64,000 nt of DNA from NCBI RefSeq assembly GCF_964204865.1, contig NC_135258.1, forward strand, positions 12,214,001 through 12,278,000. The letters run 5' to 3'. Below are positions 52,507 through 64,000 of the stretch, piece after piece (within the stretch, counting starts at the first letter, position 1; each line of letters opens with the position of its first letter). The stretch is from Styela clava (Eukaryota). The notes beneath the pieces were generated by a model that saw only the letters and a list, made by a program, of their open reading frames with translations, was not told where the DNA came from and searched no databases. The translations under genes were made by a program, and so were the position numbers.

Positions 52507-55500
52507 AAGTTCTAGGGATATAACCTATTGATGATTTTTCAAATTAATACAGAATAATGAAATGCAAACTATTTTTTGACTATTTTTGCTGTTTAATCTT
52601 ATCAAATGTATCGAATCCATTTTGGCTTCTTCAAATCAGAAGAAAATAATTTTCATTAAGTAAATTGAACATGGAATGAATTAGAAGTAAAATTCAATTA
52701 CAAGGTTCAACTCAAGCAATAAAACTTATGAAGGATTCCAGATTCATAAAAACATGCATCTGCATCTGAATTTAAACATCAGCGCCAGGTGACCTATCAG
52801 CGTAATAACTTTCTTGGTGCCCTATGTTTATTGATATTAAATTTTTTCAGCTTAATTAGATCAATTCGAATACTAAATATACAACAAGTATATGAAACAG
52901 ACATAAACAAAACAATAAATTAGTTGTCTCAATTGGAAATAAGTTGGAAAAATATTTCACTATTGCAACAAATTGTATAGATTTACCCAAATTCCAACGT
53001 AAGAGAATAGTGCAAATTCTGTCTCACCTTCGACATTTTCAAGATGCATGTTATAAAACATCCTCATGTCACAGTTTGAAAGTTGTATAACACCAAATCG
53101 ACTGCGTCAAATTAAATGAAGAATAGTTAGAGACTTAGAGTTAAACTCATTGACAAATAAAAACTTACCGCATGGTTATTCAAATATAGATTTAAAAGAA
53201 ATTTCTTATGGCATATATAGTCGACTACCCTCTCTCTCCCATTGATATAACTACTACCCTCTCCTATTTTTCGTCGATGATAATGTTGATTCAACAAATA
53301 GTTTGATCAAACATGGCTGCATAACATTTAACGACAGCCCTGTTAAAATCCAACTAAACGATAAATCACGTTCTAGAAGCTATGATCAATTTTTGCGGAA
53401 TAATGAAATAAAAACAATTTATTTAAAGAAAATACCGCGAATATTCCATTGCTGTATATTATTAGAAATATTGTTGAGTCTCAATTGGTTTCTTCAAATC
53501 AGATGAAATAAATTTTCATTACTAAATTGAACGTGAAATGAATAATAAATAATATTCAATTTCAATGTTCAACTCGGACATAAAAATTATTGTGTTGATT
53601 CCCAGGGTCATGTTGACAGGTATAATACCAACATTGTAAACTTTCATTTAGGTCTCCAGCACAAAAACATTTGAAAAAAAAAATTGAAGTTTGTTGTTAT
53701 ATATTCCATATAATGTAATTAACATTGTATACCAAGCAAGCTGCGTAAGAATATCTTTCAAATTAACCACAAGTGTGAAAATACGACCCGATTTTAGTTT
53801 GATCACATGGCACAGGTGATAACATAGATTCAACAATTCGCTAGATGCAAACGTGGCCAAATAAATTGACAACAGCCCTGTTTAAATCCAACTGATGGTA
53901 AAACTATTTTCTTGAAAAGCACTAAAGTAGCGATTCCAGTCTCCAGGCTATCGGTTTAAAATCGATTATGCATTTAAGTATATTGAAACTAAAATTTTGG
54001 AAATACGGCATCAATATTACCGATGCCCGATTACATTCAACAAATATACCGTCAAGACTGGGAAATCTATGACGCTTCGGTCATGCTCACAAAACCGAAT
54101 CGAAGACTGATAAAACAGTCTTGGAAACCTATCACTATGTTTCATTTATTAAATATAAATTAACTTAAATAGCAGGCTACATGATAAATGATAAACTAGT
54201 TGAAGATAAACGTGAACACAGAATACAAGAATATGATGTTTGTCAGAAAATGAAACAAGAAAGAGATTATCTGCTTTTCGAAAAGCCATCGCGAACAATA
54301 TCGAAAAACTCCTCTTTTATCTCGTATCGATAATATTTACCTAATAAAGATATGATAGTTAACACCGGTAACGTGCCGGGAATTATTTTGAGTTCTGGCA
54401 GATAACGTGCATATAGTTTACAAAATATGGTAAAGCTGTTATCAGCGACAATTGACTATGAATTCATTTAAAATAAACGTACCGTAGTTCAACCTTTGAC
54501 GAAAGATGTTCCAAGCAATCCTCATCTATTATCAGACGAATTGTACACTCTCTCGCCTTCTTTGCTTAAAACTTTTTAACCGCATTTTCAATTAACAGGT
54601 AAAACCTGACGCACGAAAGCTTTAAAACTACTCGTCTAATGGGCTCGCAAAAGTTTGAACTATACGATCTGAAAACATTTCTTCAGAAAGAAATTTCTTA
54701 CGTTGTACATCACTCTCTGAATGTAAGAAGAAACTCACTCCGATTTCTCTCGCTGACCTCATGCTGATCCAACGACAAGTTGGCGCCGAAAGCTTCAATA
54801 TTTTTCTCTTTAATTTAACCGTGTTGCGTTCATCAGCTGAACATCTTGTTAGTTTTCAATTGCGAAATGACTCTTCTTCACTTATGGGTTAAGAATGTGA
54901 TTTTTCGTGTTTTATTGAAGTCCCGCCCCCATGTGCAAGCATTTTGGACACTGTTAACCACTACAACGCCCATGACTATAGCTCGATTCCGCGTCTGCAG
55001 TTATCGTGATTTTAAACGATAACGGGTTAATCTGGCTGCAGCTGGAGAAATTTCGATTTTAAAGGCATTCGGTAAAAGGGCTGCTTCCTAGTTACCTTAA
55101 CCCCATCTAGCTATTTCCATGTTTTAACCCGTTCTTTACAATACTTAAAGTTCAAGACCAGCATTCTTCGTTTGAATTGCAATTCAGAAATCATTTCGAC
55201 TAGATCTTTACGAACTACATCTGATGCTAAAAGTATTGTATTTTGTCAACGACGTTTGGCGCATCAAGCTCAGTGGTACTGGTAAATTATAGAACTACAA
55301 CATTGTAGGTTTTCAGTGGCAAAATGACAAAGGCAATGTCAAAGTGTTGACAATCTGATTCAACAAATGGCCAGAAACTTGCAGAACTGTACGAATATTA
55401 TTAACAGTCCTGTTCGAATCTAACTAATCGATAGATCACAAGTTCTAGGGATATAACCTGTTGATGATTTATCATATAAATACAGAATAATAAAATGCTA

Positions 55501-58500
55501 ACTAATTTTCAACTATTTTTGCTGTTTAATCTTATCAAATGTGTCGAATCCAGATTGGCTTCTTCCAATCAGAAGAAAATAATTTTCGTTGAGTAAATTG
55601 AACATGGAATGAATTAGAAGTAAAATTCAATTACAAGGTTCAACTCAAGCAATAAAACTTATGAAGGATTCCAGATTCATAAAAACATGCATCTAAAGAT
55701 GCAATTCTGCCTTTCCTAAACCTCAAAAAAGAAAGTACTTGCTGGTTTCAATTTTATCACTCGCCAATGGTGATTACATAGATTCAGGAATTAGTTTAAT
55801 GCAAACATGGCCAAATAAATTTAAACATCAGCGCCAGGTGACCTATCAGCGTAATAACTTTCTTGGTGCCTTATGTTATTGATATTAAATTTTGACAGCT
55901 TAATTAGATCAACTCGAATACTAACTATGAAACAGACATAAACAAAACATTCAACAAAAAAATAAATTAGTTTTCTCAATTGGAAATAAGTTGGAAAAAT
56001 ATTTCACTATTGCAACAAATTGTATAGATCTAAGTTCCAACGTAAGAGAATAGTGCAAATTCTGTCTCACCTTCAACATTTCTTACAAGATGCATGTTAT
56101 AAAACATCCTTATGTCACACAAGATAGGTTTCAGTACTTCCGGCACTCTCTGCGTATTAGTGAATTTCACATTCCTGTAGAAACATATACATTGTCATGA
56201 ACAACACTATTTAACCGAGTTGCTGTAGGTAACGCCACCCAGAGTCGGTATACACTCAGAAAACCAAACTTTCGCGAACATAATTCGATTATAGGATTAG
56301 AAAACAAAATGGCGATGCCACAAATATATCGACGAGACCATTCATCTGTCCACATCGAGCACCGCAGAATTCATCAGGAGAGAAAAAGATGTTAGTTTTC
56401 AACAAGCAGATAGAACAACATTTTCATCTAGTGATTTATAATTGATGTTACCGTTACTTTGAAAGTTGTACAACACCGAATTGACTGCGTCAAATTCAAT
56501 GCAGAACACTCAGAATCGTTAGAGTTAAACTTATTATCAAATAAAAACTTACCGTATGCTATTCAAATCTAGATTTGAGAGAAATTTCGTTTTGTCATAT
56601 ATAGTCGACTACCCTCTCTCTCCCATTGCTATAAATGAAACCCTGTCAAACTAAAAACTCAATTTTTCCATTTTTCATCAATGATAATGTTAATTCAACA
56701 AATAGTTTGATCAAACATGGCTGCATAACATTTAACGACAACTAAACGATAAATCACGTTGTAGAAGCTAGGATCAATTTTTGCAGAATTATGAAATAAA
56801 AACAATTGATTTAAAGGAAATACCGCGAATATTCTATTGCTGTATATTATTAGAAAAATTGTTGACTCTCAATTGGTTTCTTCAAATCAGATGAAAATAA
56901 TTTTCATTGACTAAATTGAACATGATATGAATAATAAATAATATTCAATTTCAATGTTCAACTCAAACATAACAATTATTGTGTTGAGTCCCAGAGCCAT
57001 GTTAACACGTATAATACCAACATTGCAAACTTTCATTTAGGTCTCCAGCACAATAACATTTAAAAAAAAATTGAGTTTTGTTGTTATATATTCCATATAA
57101 TGTAATTAACATTGTATAACAAGCAAGCTGCGTAAGAATATCTTTCTTAACCACAGGTGTGAAAACACCTCCCGATTTTAGTTTGATCACACGGCACAGT
57201 TGATAACATAGATTCAACAATTCGCTAGATGTAACCATGACCAAATAAATTGACAACAGCCCTGTTTGAATCCAACTGATGGTAAAACTATTCTCTTGAA
57301 AAGTACTAAAGTAGCGGATCGGAAAGATTCAATTACTCCAGTCTCCAGACTATCGGTATAAAATTGAATATGCATTCAAGTATATTGGAACTAAAATTTT
57401 GGAAATACGGCACCACTATTAGCGATGCACGATCACATACCGGTACAACAAATATATCGTCAAGACTGGGAAATCTATAAGGCTTCGGTCATGCTCACAA
57501 AACCGAATCGGAGAATAATAAAACAGTCTTGGAAACCTATCACTATGTTTCATTTATCAAATATAAATTAACTTAGATGCCAAAAACAGTCTACATGATA
57601 AATAATAAACTAGTTGTAGATAAACGTGAACCCAGAATACAAAAATATGATGTTTGTCAGAAAATGAAACAAGTGCAGATTATCTGCATTTCAAAAAGCT
57701 ATCGCAAACAACATCGAAAAACTATTATTTTATCTCGTATTGATGATATTTAACTGATAAAGATATGATAGTTAACACCGGTAATGTGCCGGGAATTATT
57801 TGAAATTGATATAGATAACGTGTATATATATATAGTTTACAAAGTACGGTAAAGCTGTTATCAGCGGCAATTGACTATGAATTCATTTGAAATAAACGTA
57901 CCGTAGTTCAACCTATGACGAAAAATGTTCCAAGCAATCCTCATCTATTATCATACTATTTGTACACTCTCTTGCCACCTTTGCCCGAAACTTTTTAACA
58001 GCATTTTCAATTAACAGGTAAAACCTGACGAACGAAAGCTTCAAAACTACACGTCTAACAGGCTCGCGAAAATTTGAACTATACGTTCTGAAAACATTTA
58101 TTAGAAATGAAATTTCTTACGTTGTACATCACTCTCTGAATGTAACAAAAAACTCACTCCGATTTCGCTCGCTGACCTCATGCTGATCCAACGACAAGTT
58201 GGCGCCGAAAGCTTCAATATTTTTCTCTGCGAATTAACCGTGTTGCGTTCATTAGCTAAACATCTTGTTAGTTTTCAATTGCGAAATAACTCTTCTTTAC
58301 TAAAGGGTTAAGAATGTGATTTTTCGGTTTTATTGAAGTCCCGCCCCCAGGTGCAAGCATTTTGGACACCGTTAACCACGACAACGCCCATGACTGTAAC
58401 ACGATACAGTGTTTTCAGCCATAGTGATTTGAAATAGAAACGGGTTAATCTGACTGCAGCTGCAACAATTTCGATTTTGAAAGCACTCAGAAAAAGTCTG

Positions 58501-61500
58501 CTATCGTGGTACCCTAACCCCATCTCCCTGTTCCCATGTTTCAAACCGTTCTTTACAAAACTTAAAGTTCAAGGCCAGCATTCTTCGTTTGAATTGCAAT
58601 TCAGAAACCATTTCGTCTAGATCTTCACGAACTACATCTCATGCTAAAAGTATTGTATTTTGTCAATGACGTTTGGCGCATCAAGCTCAGTGGTACTGGT
58701 AAATTATTGAACTACAACATTGTAGGTTTTCAGTGACAAAATGACAAAAGCAATGTCGTGTTGACAATCTGATTCAACGAATGGCCAGAAACTTGCAGAA
58801 CTGAACGACTATTATTAAAAATGCATTAAATAAATAACTATTTTGTGACTATTTTTGCTGTTTAATCTTATTAAATGTATCTATCCAAATTGGCTTCTTC
58901 AAATCAGAAGAAAATAATTTTTATTGAGTAAATTGAACATGGAATGAATTAGAAGTAAAATTCAATTACAAGGTTCAACTCAAGCAATAAAACTTATGAA
59001 GGATTCCAGATTCATGAAAACATGCATCTGAAGATGCAATTCTGCCATTCCTAAACCTCAAAAAAGAAAGTACTTGCTGGTTTCAATTTTATCACTGGGC
59101 AATGGTGATAATATATATTCAGGAATTAGTTTAATGCAAACATGACCAAATAAATTTAAACATCAGCGCCAGGTGACCTATCAGCGTAATAACTTTCTTG
59201 GTGCCTTATGTTATTGATATTAAATTTTGACAGCTTAATTAGATTAATTCGAATACTAAATATACAACAAGTATATGAAACAGACATAAACAAAACATTC
59301 AACAAAAAAACGAGAATATCGGTCGGAGACCGAAGACTTATCGATCGAAACTGCGGTTTCGACCCTTGACTCTATAGTGACACCGCGTGTCCCATAACTA
59401 ATTAATTAATATTTATACGACATAGTTCATCCAAAATCAATAGGCTTCTGGTCCAAGATATGATGAATGCACATGCAAAATTTGGAGCAGATTCAACCAC
59501 ACCTTCGAGATATCGCGTGCATCTAACAGACAGACAGACAAACAGACAAATACCTATCAACATACTTACCGATCTAAAGATCGATAAGTAATAAATTAGT
59601 TTTCTCAATTGGAAATAAGTTGGAAAAATATTTCACTATTGCAAAAAATTGTATAGATTTATCCAAGTTCCAACGTAAGAGAATAGTGCAAATTCTGTCT
59701 CACCTTCGACAATTCTTACAAGATGCATGTTATAAAACATCCTTATGTCACACAAGATAGATTTCAGTACTTCCGGCAATCTCGGCGTATTAGTGAATTT
59801 CACATTCATGTAAAAACAAATACATTCTCATGAACAACACTATTTAATCAAGTTGCTGTAGGTAACGCCAATCAGAGTCGGTATACACTCAGAAAACTAA
59901 ACTTTCGCTAACAGAATTCAATTGTAGCATTAGAAAACAAAATGGCGATGCCACAAATATATCGACGAGACGCATTCGTCTGTCTACATCGAGCACCGCA
60001 GAATTCATCAGGAGAGAAAAAGATGTTAGTTTTCAACAAACAGATAGAACAACCTTTTCATCTAGTGATATATAATTGATGTTACCGTTACTTTGAAAGT
60101 TGTACAACACCGAATCGACTGCGTCAAATTCAATGCAGAACACTCAGAATCGTTAGAGTTAAACTTATTATCAAATAAAAACTCACCGTATGCTATTCAA
60201 ATCTAGATTTAAAGGAAATTTCGTTTTGTCATATATAGTCGACTACCCTCTCTCTCCCATTGATATAAATGAAACCTTGTCAAACTAAAAACTCAACTTT
60301 TCCATTTTTCGTCGATGATAATGTTGATTCAACAAATAGTTTGATCAAACATGGCTGCATAACATTTAACGACAGCCCTGTAAAAATCCAACTAAACGAT
60401 AAATCACGTTGTAGAAGCTATGATCAATTTTTGCTGAATAATGAAATAAAAACAATTTATTTAAAGAAAATACCGCGAATATTCTATTGCTGTATATTAT
60501 TAGAAAAATTGTTGACTCTCAATTGGTTTCTTCAAATCAGATGAAAATAATTTTCATTGACTAAATTGAACATGATATGAATAATAAATAATATTCAATT
60601 TCAATGTCTAACTCAAACATAAAAATTATTGTGTTGAGTCCCAGGGCCATGTTAACACGTATAATACCAACATTGCAAACTTTCATTTAGGTCTCCAGCA
60701 CAATAACATCGAAGAAAAAAAGGGGTTTTGGTGTTTTATATTCCATATAATGTAATTAACATTGTATAACAAGCAAGCTGCGTAAGAATATCTTTCTTAA
60801 CCACAGGTGTGAAAACACCTCCCGATTTTAGTTTGATCACACGGCACAGGTGATAACATAGATTCAACAATTCGCTAGATGTAGACATGACCAAATAAAA
60901 TGACAACAGCCCTGTTTGAATTCAACTGGTGGTAAAACTATTCTCTTGAAAAGCACTCTAAAGTAGCGAATCGGAAAGATTCAATTACTCCAGTCTCCAG
61001 ACTATCGGTATAAAATCGAATATGCATTCAAGTAAATTGGAACTAAAATTTTGGAAATACGGCACCACTATTAGCGATGCACGATCACATTCAACGAATA
61101 TATCGTCAAGACTGGGAAATCTATAAGGCTTCGGTCATGCTCACTAAACCGAATCGGAGAATAATGAAACAGTCTTGGAAACCTATCACTATGTTTCATT
61201 TATCAAATATAAATTAACTTGGATGCCAAAAACAGGCTACATGATAAATAATAAACTAGTTGTAGATAAACGTGAACACAGAATACAAAAATATGATGTT
61301 TGTCAGAAAATGAAACAAGTGCAGATTATCTGAATTTCAAAAAGCTATCGCAGACAACATCGACAAATTCTTCTTTTATCTCGTATTGATAATATTTAAC
61401 TGATAAAGATATGATAGTTAACACCGGTAATGTGCGCGGAATTATTTGAAATTGATGTAGATAACGTGTATATATATATATATATATATATAGTTTACAA

Positions 61501-62655
61501 AATACGGTAAAGCTGTTATCAGCGTCAATTGACTATGATTTCATTTAGAATAAACGTACCGTAGTTCAACCTTTGACGAAAAATGTTCCAGGCAATCCTT
61601 ATATATTATCATACGATTTGTAAACTCTCCCGCCTCCTTTGCCCGAAACTTTTCAACAGCATTTTCAATTAACAGGTAAAACCCGACGAACGAAAGCTTT
61701 AAAACTACACGTCTAACAGGCACGCAAAAATTTGAACTATACGTTCTGAAAACATTTCTTAAAATGAAATTTCTTACGTTGTACATCACTCTCTAAATGT
61801 AAGAAAAAAATTCACTCCGATTTCTCTCGCTGACCTCATGCTGATCCAACGACAAGTTGGCGCCGAAAGCTTCAATATTTTTCTCTGCGAATTAACCGTG
61901 TTGCGTTCATTACCTAAACATCTTGTTAGTTTTCAATTGCGAAATGACTCTTCTTTACTTATGGGTTCAGAATGTGATTTTTCGTGTTTTATTGAAGTCC
62001 CGCCCCCAGGTGCAAGCATTTTGGACACCGTTAACCACGACAACGCTCATGACTGTAACACGATACAGTGTCTCCAGCCACAGTGATTTGAAATAGAAAC
62101 GGGTTAATCTGGCTGCAGCTGCAACAATTTCGATTTTGAAATCACTCAGAAAAAGGCTGCTACCGTGGTACCCTAACCCCATCTAGCTATTTCCATGTTT
62201 TAACCCATTTTTTACAATACTTAAAGTTCAAGGCCAGCATTCTTCGTTTGAATTGCAATTCAGAAATCATTTCGACTAGATCTTTATGAACTACATCTGA
62301 AGCTAAAAGTATTGTATTTTGTCAACGACGTTTGGCGCATCAAGCTAAGTGATACTGGTAAATTATAGAACTACAACCTTGAAGATTTTCAGTGGCAAAA
62401 TGACAAAAGCAATGTCGTGTTGACAATCTGATTCAACAAATGGCCAGAAAGTTGCAGAACTGAACGAATATTATTAACAGTCCTGTTCGAATCCAACTAA
62501 TCGATAGATCACAAGTTCTAGGGATATAACCCTATTGATGATTTTTCATATTAATACAGAATAATAAAATGCAAACTATTTTTTGACTATTTTGCTGTTT
62601 AATCTTATCAAATGTATCGAATCCAGATTGGCTTCTTCAAATCAGAAGAAAATAA

Positions 62656-62731
62656 TTTTCATCAAGTAAATTGAACATGGAATGAATTAGAAGTAAAATT
62701 CAATTACAAGGTTCAACTCAAGCAATAAAAC
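62656..62731 (-). ncRNA. pre-miRNA-like hairpin, family B array subtype 2 (5p GAGUUGAACCUUGUAAUUGAA); copies 42680, 45967, 47116, 50765, 52650, 55583, 58918
   Basis: The 5p arm pairs with UUCAUUCCAUGUUCAAUUU, with downstream CUUC. Confidence 0.68.
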
Positions 62732-64000
62732 TTATGAAGGATTCTAGATTCATAAAAACATGCATTCTGCTTTTCCTAAACCTAAAAAAAGAAAGTACTT
62801 GCTGGTTTCAATTTTATCACTCGGCAATGGTGATAACATAGATTCAAGAATTAGTTTAATGCAAACATGGCCAAATAAATTTAAACATCAGCGCCAGGTG
62901 ACCTATCAGCGTAATAACTTTCTTGGTGCCTTATGTTATTGATATTAAATTTTGACAGCTTAATTAGATCAATTCGAATACTAAATATACAACAAGTTCA
63001 TGAAACAGACATAAACAAAACATTCAACAAAAATATAAATTAGTTTTCTCAATGGGAAATAAGTTGGAAAAATATTTCACTATTGCAACAAATTGTTTAG
63101 ATTTACCCAAGTTCCAACGTAAGAGAATAGTGCAAATTCTGTCTCACCTTCGACATTTCTTATAAGATGCAAGTTATAAAACATCCTCATGTCACACAAG
63201 ATAGATTTCAGTACTTCCGGCACTCTCTGCGTCCAAGTATTGGTGAATTTCACATTTCTGTAGAAACAAATACATTCGCATGAACAACACGATTTAACCA
63301 AGTTGCTGTAGGTAACGCCAACCAGAGTCGGTATACACTCAGAAAACTAAACTTTCGCGAACAGAATTCGATTGTTCGATTGTAGCATTAGAAAACAAAA
63401 TGGCGATGCCACAAATATATCCAAGAGACGCATTCGTCCGTCTACATCGAGCACCGCAGAATTCATCAGGAGAAAAAAAGATGTTAGTTTTCAAAAAACA
63501 GATAGAACAACCTTCTCATATAGTGATATATATTAGGTGTTACTGTTACGACATAATTCATCCAAAATCAATAGGCTTCTGGTACGAGATATGATGACTG
63601 CTCATGCAAAATTTGGAGCAGATTTCGAGATATCGCGTGCATCTAACAGACAGACAGACAAACAGACAAATACCTATCAACATACTTACCGATCTAAAGA
63701 TCGATAAGTAATAAATTAGTTTTCTCGATTGGAAATAAGTTGGAAAATATTTCACTATTGCAACAAATTGTATAGATTTATACAAGTTCCAACGAAAGAG
63801 AATAGTGCAAATTCTGTCTCACCTTCGGCATTTTCTACAAGATGCATGTTATAAAACATTCTCATGTCACACAAAATAGATTTCAGTACTTCCGGCACTC
63901 TCTGCGTATTAGTGAATTTTACATTCCTGTAGAAACAAATACATTCTCATGAACAACACTATTTAACCAAGTTGCTGTAGGTCACGCCAACCAGAGTCGG

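Larger units (their letters stand above)
13791..62731 (-). ncRNA. Large cluster of co-oriented pre-miRNA-like hairpins (families A and B), probably continuing beyond the window
   Basis: Family A (plus-strand signature CAG(C/T)CC(T/C)GTTnnAATCCAACT) starts near 13791, 15632, 17207, 21119*, 21705, 23188, 24718*, 25309, 26703*, 28000*, 28595, 29561, 31022, 31782, 32345, 33466*, 35898, 37131, 38373, 38898, 40516, 40993, 42531*, 43783, 44307, 45818*, 48519, 49054, 50617*, 52170, 52423, 53285, 53824, 55356, 56689*, 57208, 58770*, 60323, 60858, 62429. Family B (signature AAATTGAAC...GTTCAACTC) starts near 14222, 15982, 17556, 21859*, 22530*, 22951, 24897, 25616, 28184, 28909, 31228, 32079, 36077*, 37358*, 38598, 40761, 42680, 44011, 45967, 47116, 48747, 50765, 52650, 53513, 55583, 56901, 58918, 60551, 62656. 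Asterisks mark damaged or partial copies. Confidence 0.8.
36000..64000. repeat. Young tandem macro-array of 2-5 kb units (at least 8), each carrying up to five hairpins
   Basis: Anchor motif GTCCCGCCCCCAGGTGC and variants at 36721, 40071, 42097, 45384, 50185, 54920, 58338 and 61997. Near-identical blocks are offset by 3287 (about 41.9-43.7 kb vs 45.2-47.0 kb) and 8153-8170 (about 48.2-52.3 kb vs 56.4-60.45 kb). Confidence 0.97.

Noticed and set aside
61468-61492. (TA)n tract
   Set aside because: Ordinary microsatellite length variant of a short TA run present in other array units.
42055-62182. Recurrent short ORFs in the array (MKHGNREMGLG..., MLKTNIFFSP..., MSIYLVMVT..., MKPCQTKNST...)
   Set aside because: They recur only because the DNA is duplicated. 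Starts, stops and frames differ between copies, there is no domain similarity and no consistent splice structure.
21000-64000. CRISPR-like reading of the regularly recurring short motifs
   Set aside because: Eukaryotic intron-containing context, spacing of hundreds of bp, intervening sequences that are themselves duplicated, and no cas genes.

Overview
AT-rich eukaryotic (animal) genomic DNA with short spliceosomal introns. The gene style suggests a marine invertebrate, possibly an ascidian; this is inference only. 1-10.8 kb holds the 3' part of a CAND1 gene (12 exons, one GC-AG intron), a possible orphan minus-strand gene, and a 4-exon gene for a stand-alone acyl-CoA-binding (ACB) protein with a mitochondrial-type presequence, with MITEs in between. 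From about 13.8 kb to the window end there is no credible protein-coding gene. Instead the minus strand carries roughly 65 co-oriented copies (about 40 family A, about 27 family B, including damaged ones; counted by eye) of two related 70-85 nt stem-loops. They look like Drosha-processed pre-miRNAs: the conserved 5p arm starts NAGUUGGA or NAGUUGAA, G-U pairs favour the minus strand, there are compensatory substitutions, CNNC lies about 17-18 nt downstream, and many A copies have a basal UG. The hairpins were amplified by nested segmental duplications that end in a young 2-5 kb-unit tandem array (36-64 kb and beyond), each unit carrying a GC-box/E-box/Myb-like module. The best candidate for a novel system is this lineage-specific, miR-430-style miRNA mega-cluster. 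A minimal hammerhead ribozyme insertion and several DNA-transposon relics (hAT, MULE-like, CACTG-ended, DINE-1/HINE-like) also lie in the region. Hairpin coordinates are approximate to a few nt, and no folding or database search was run.
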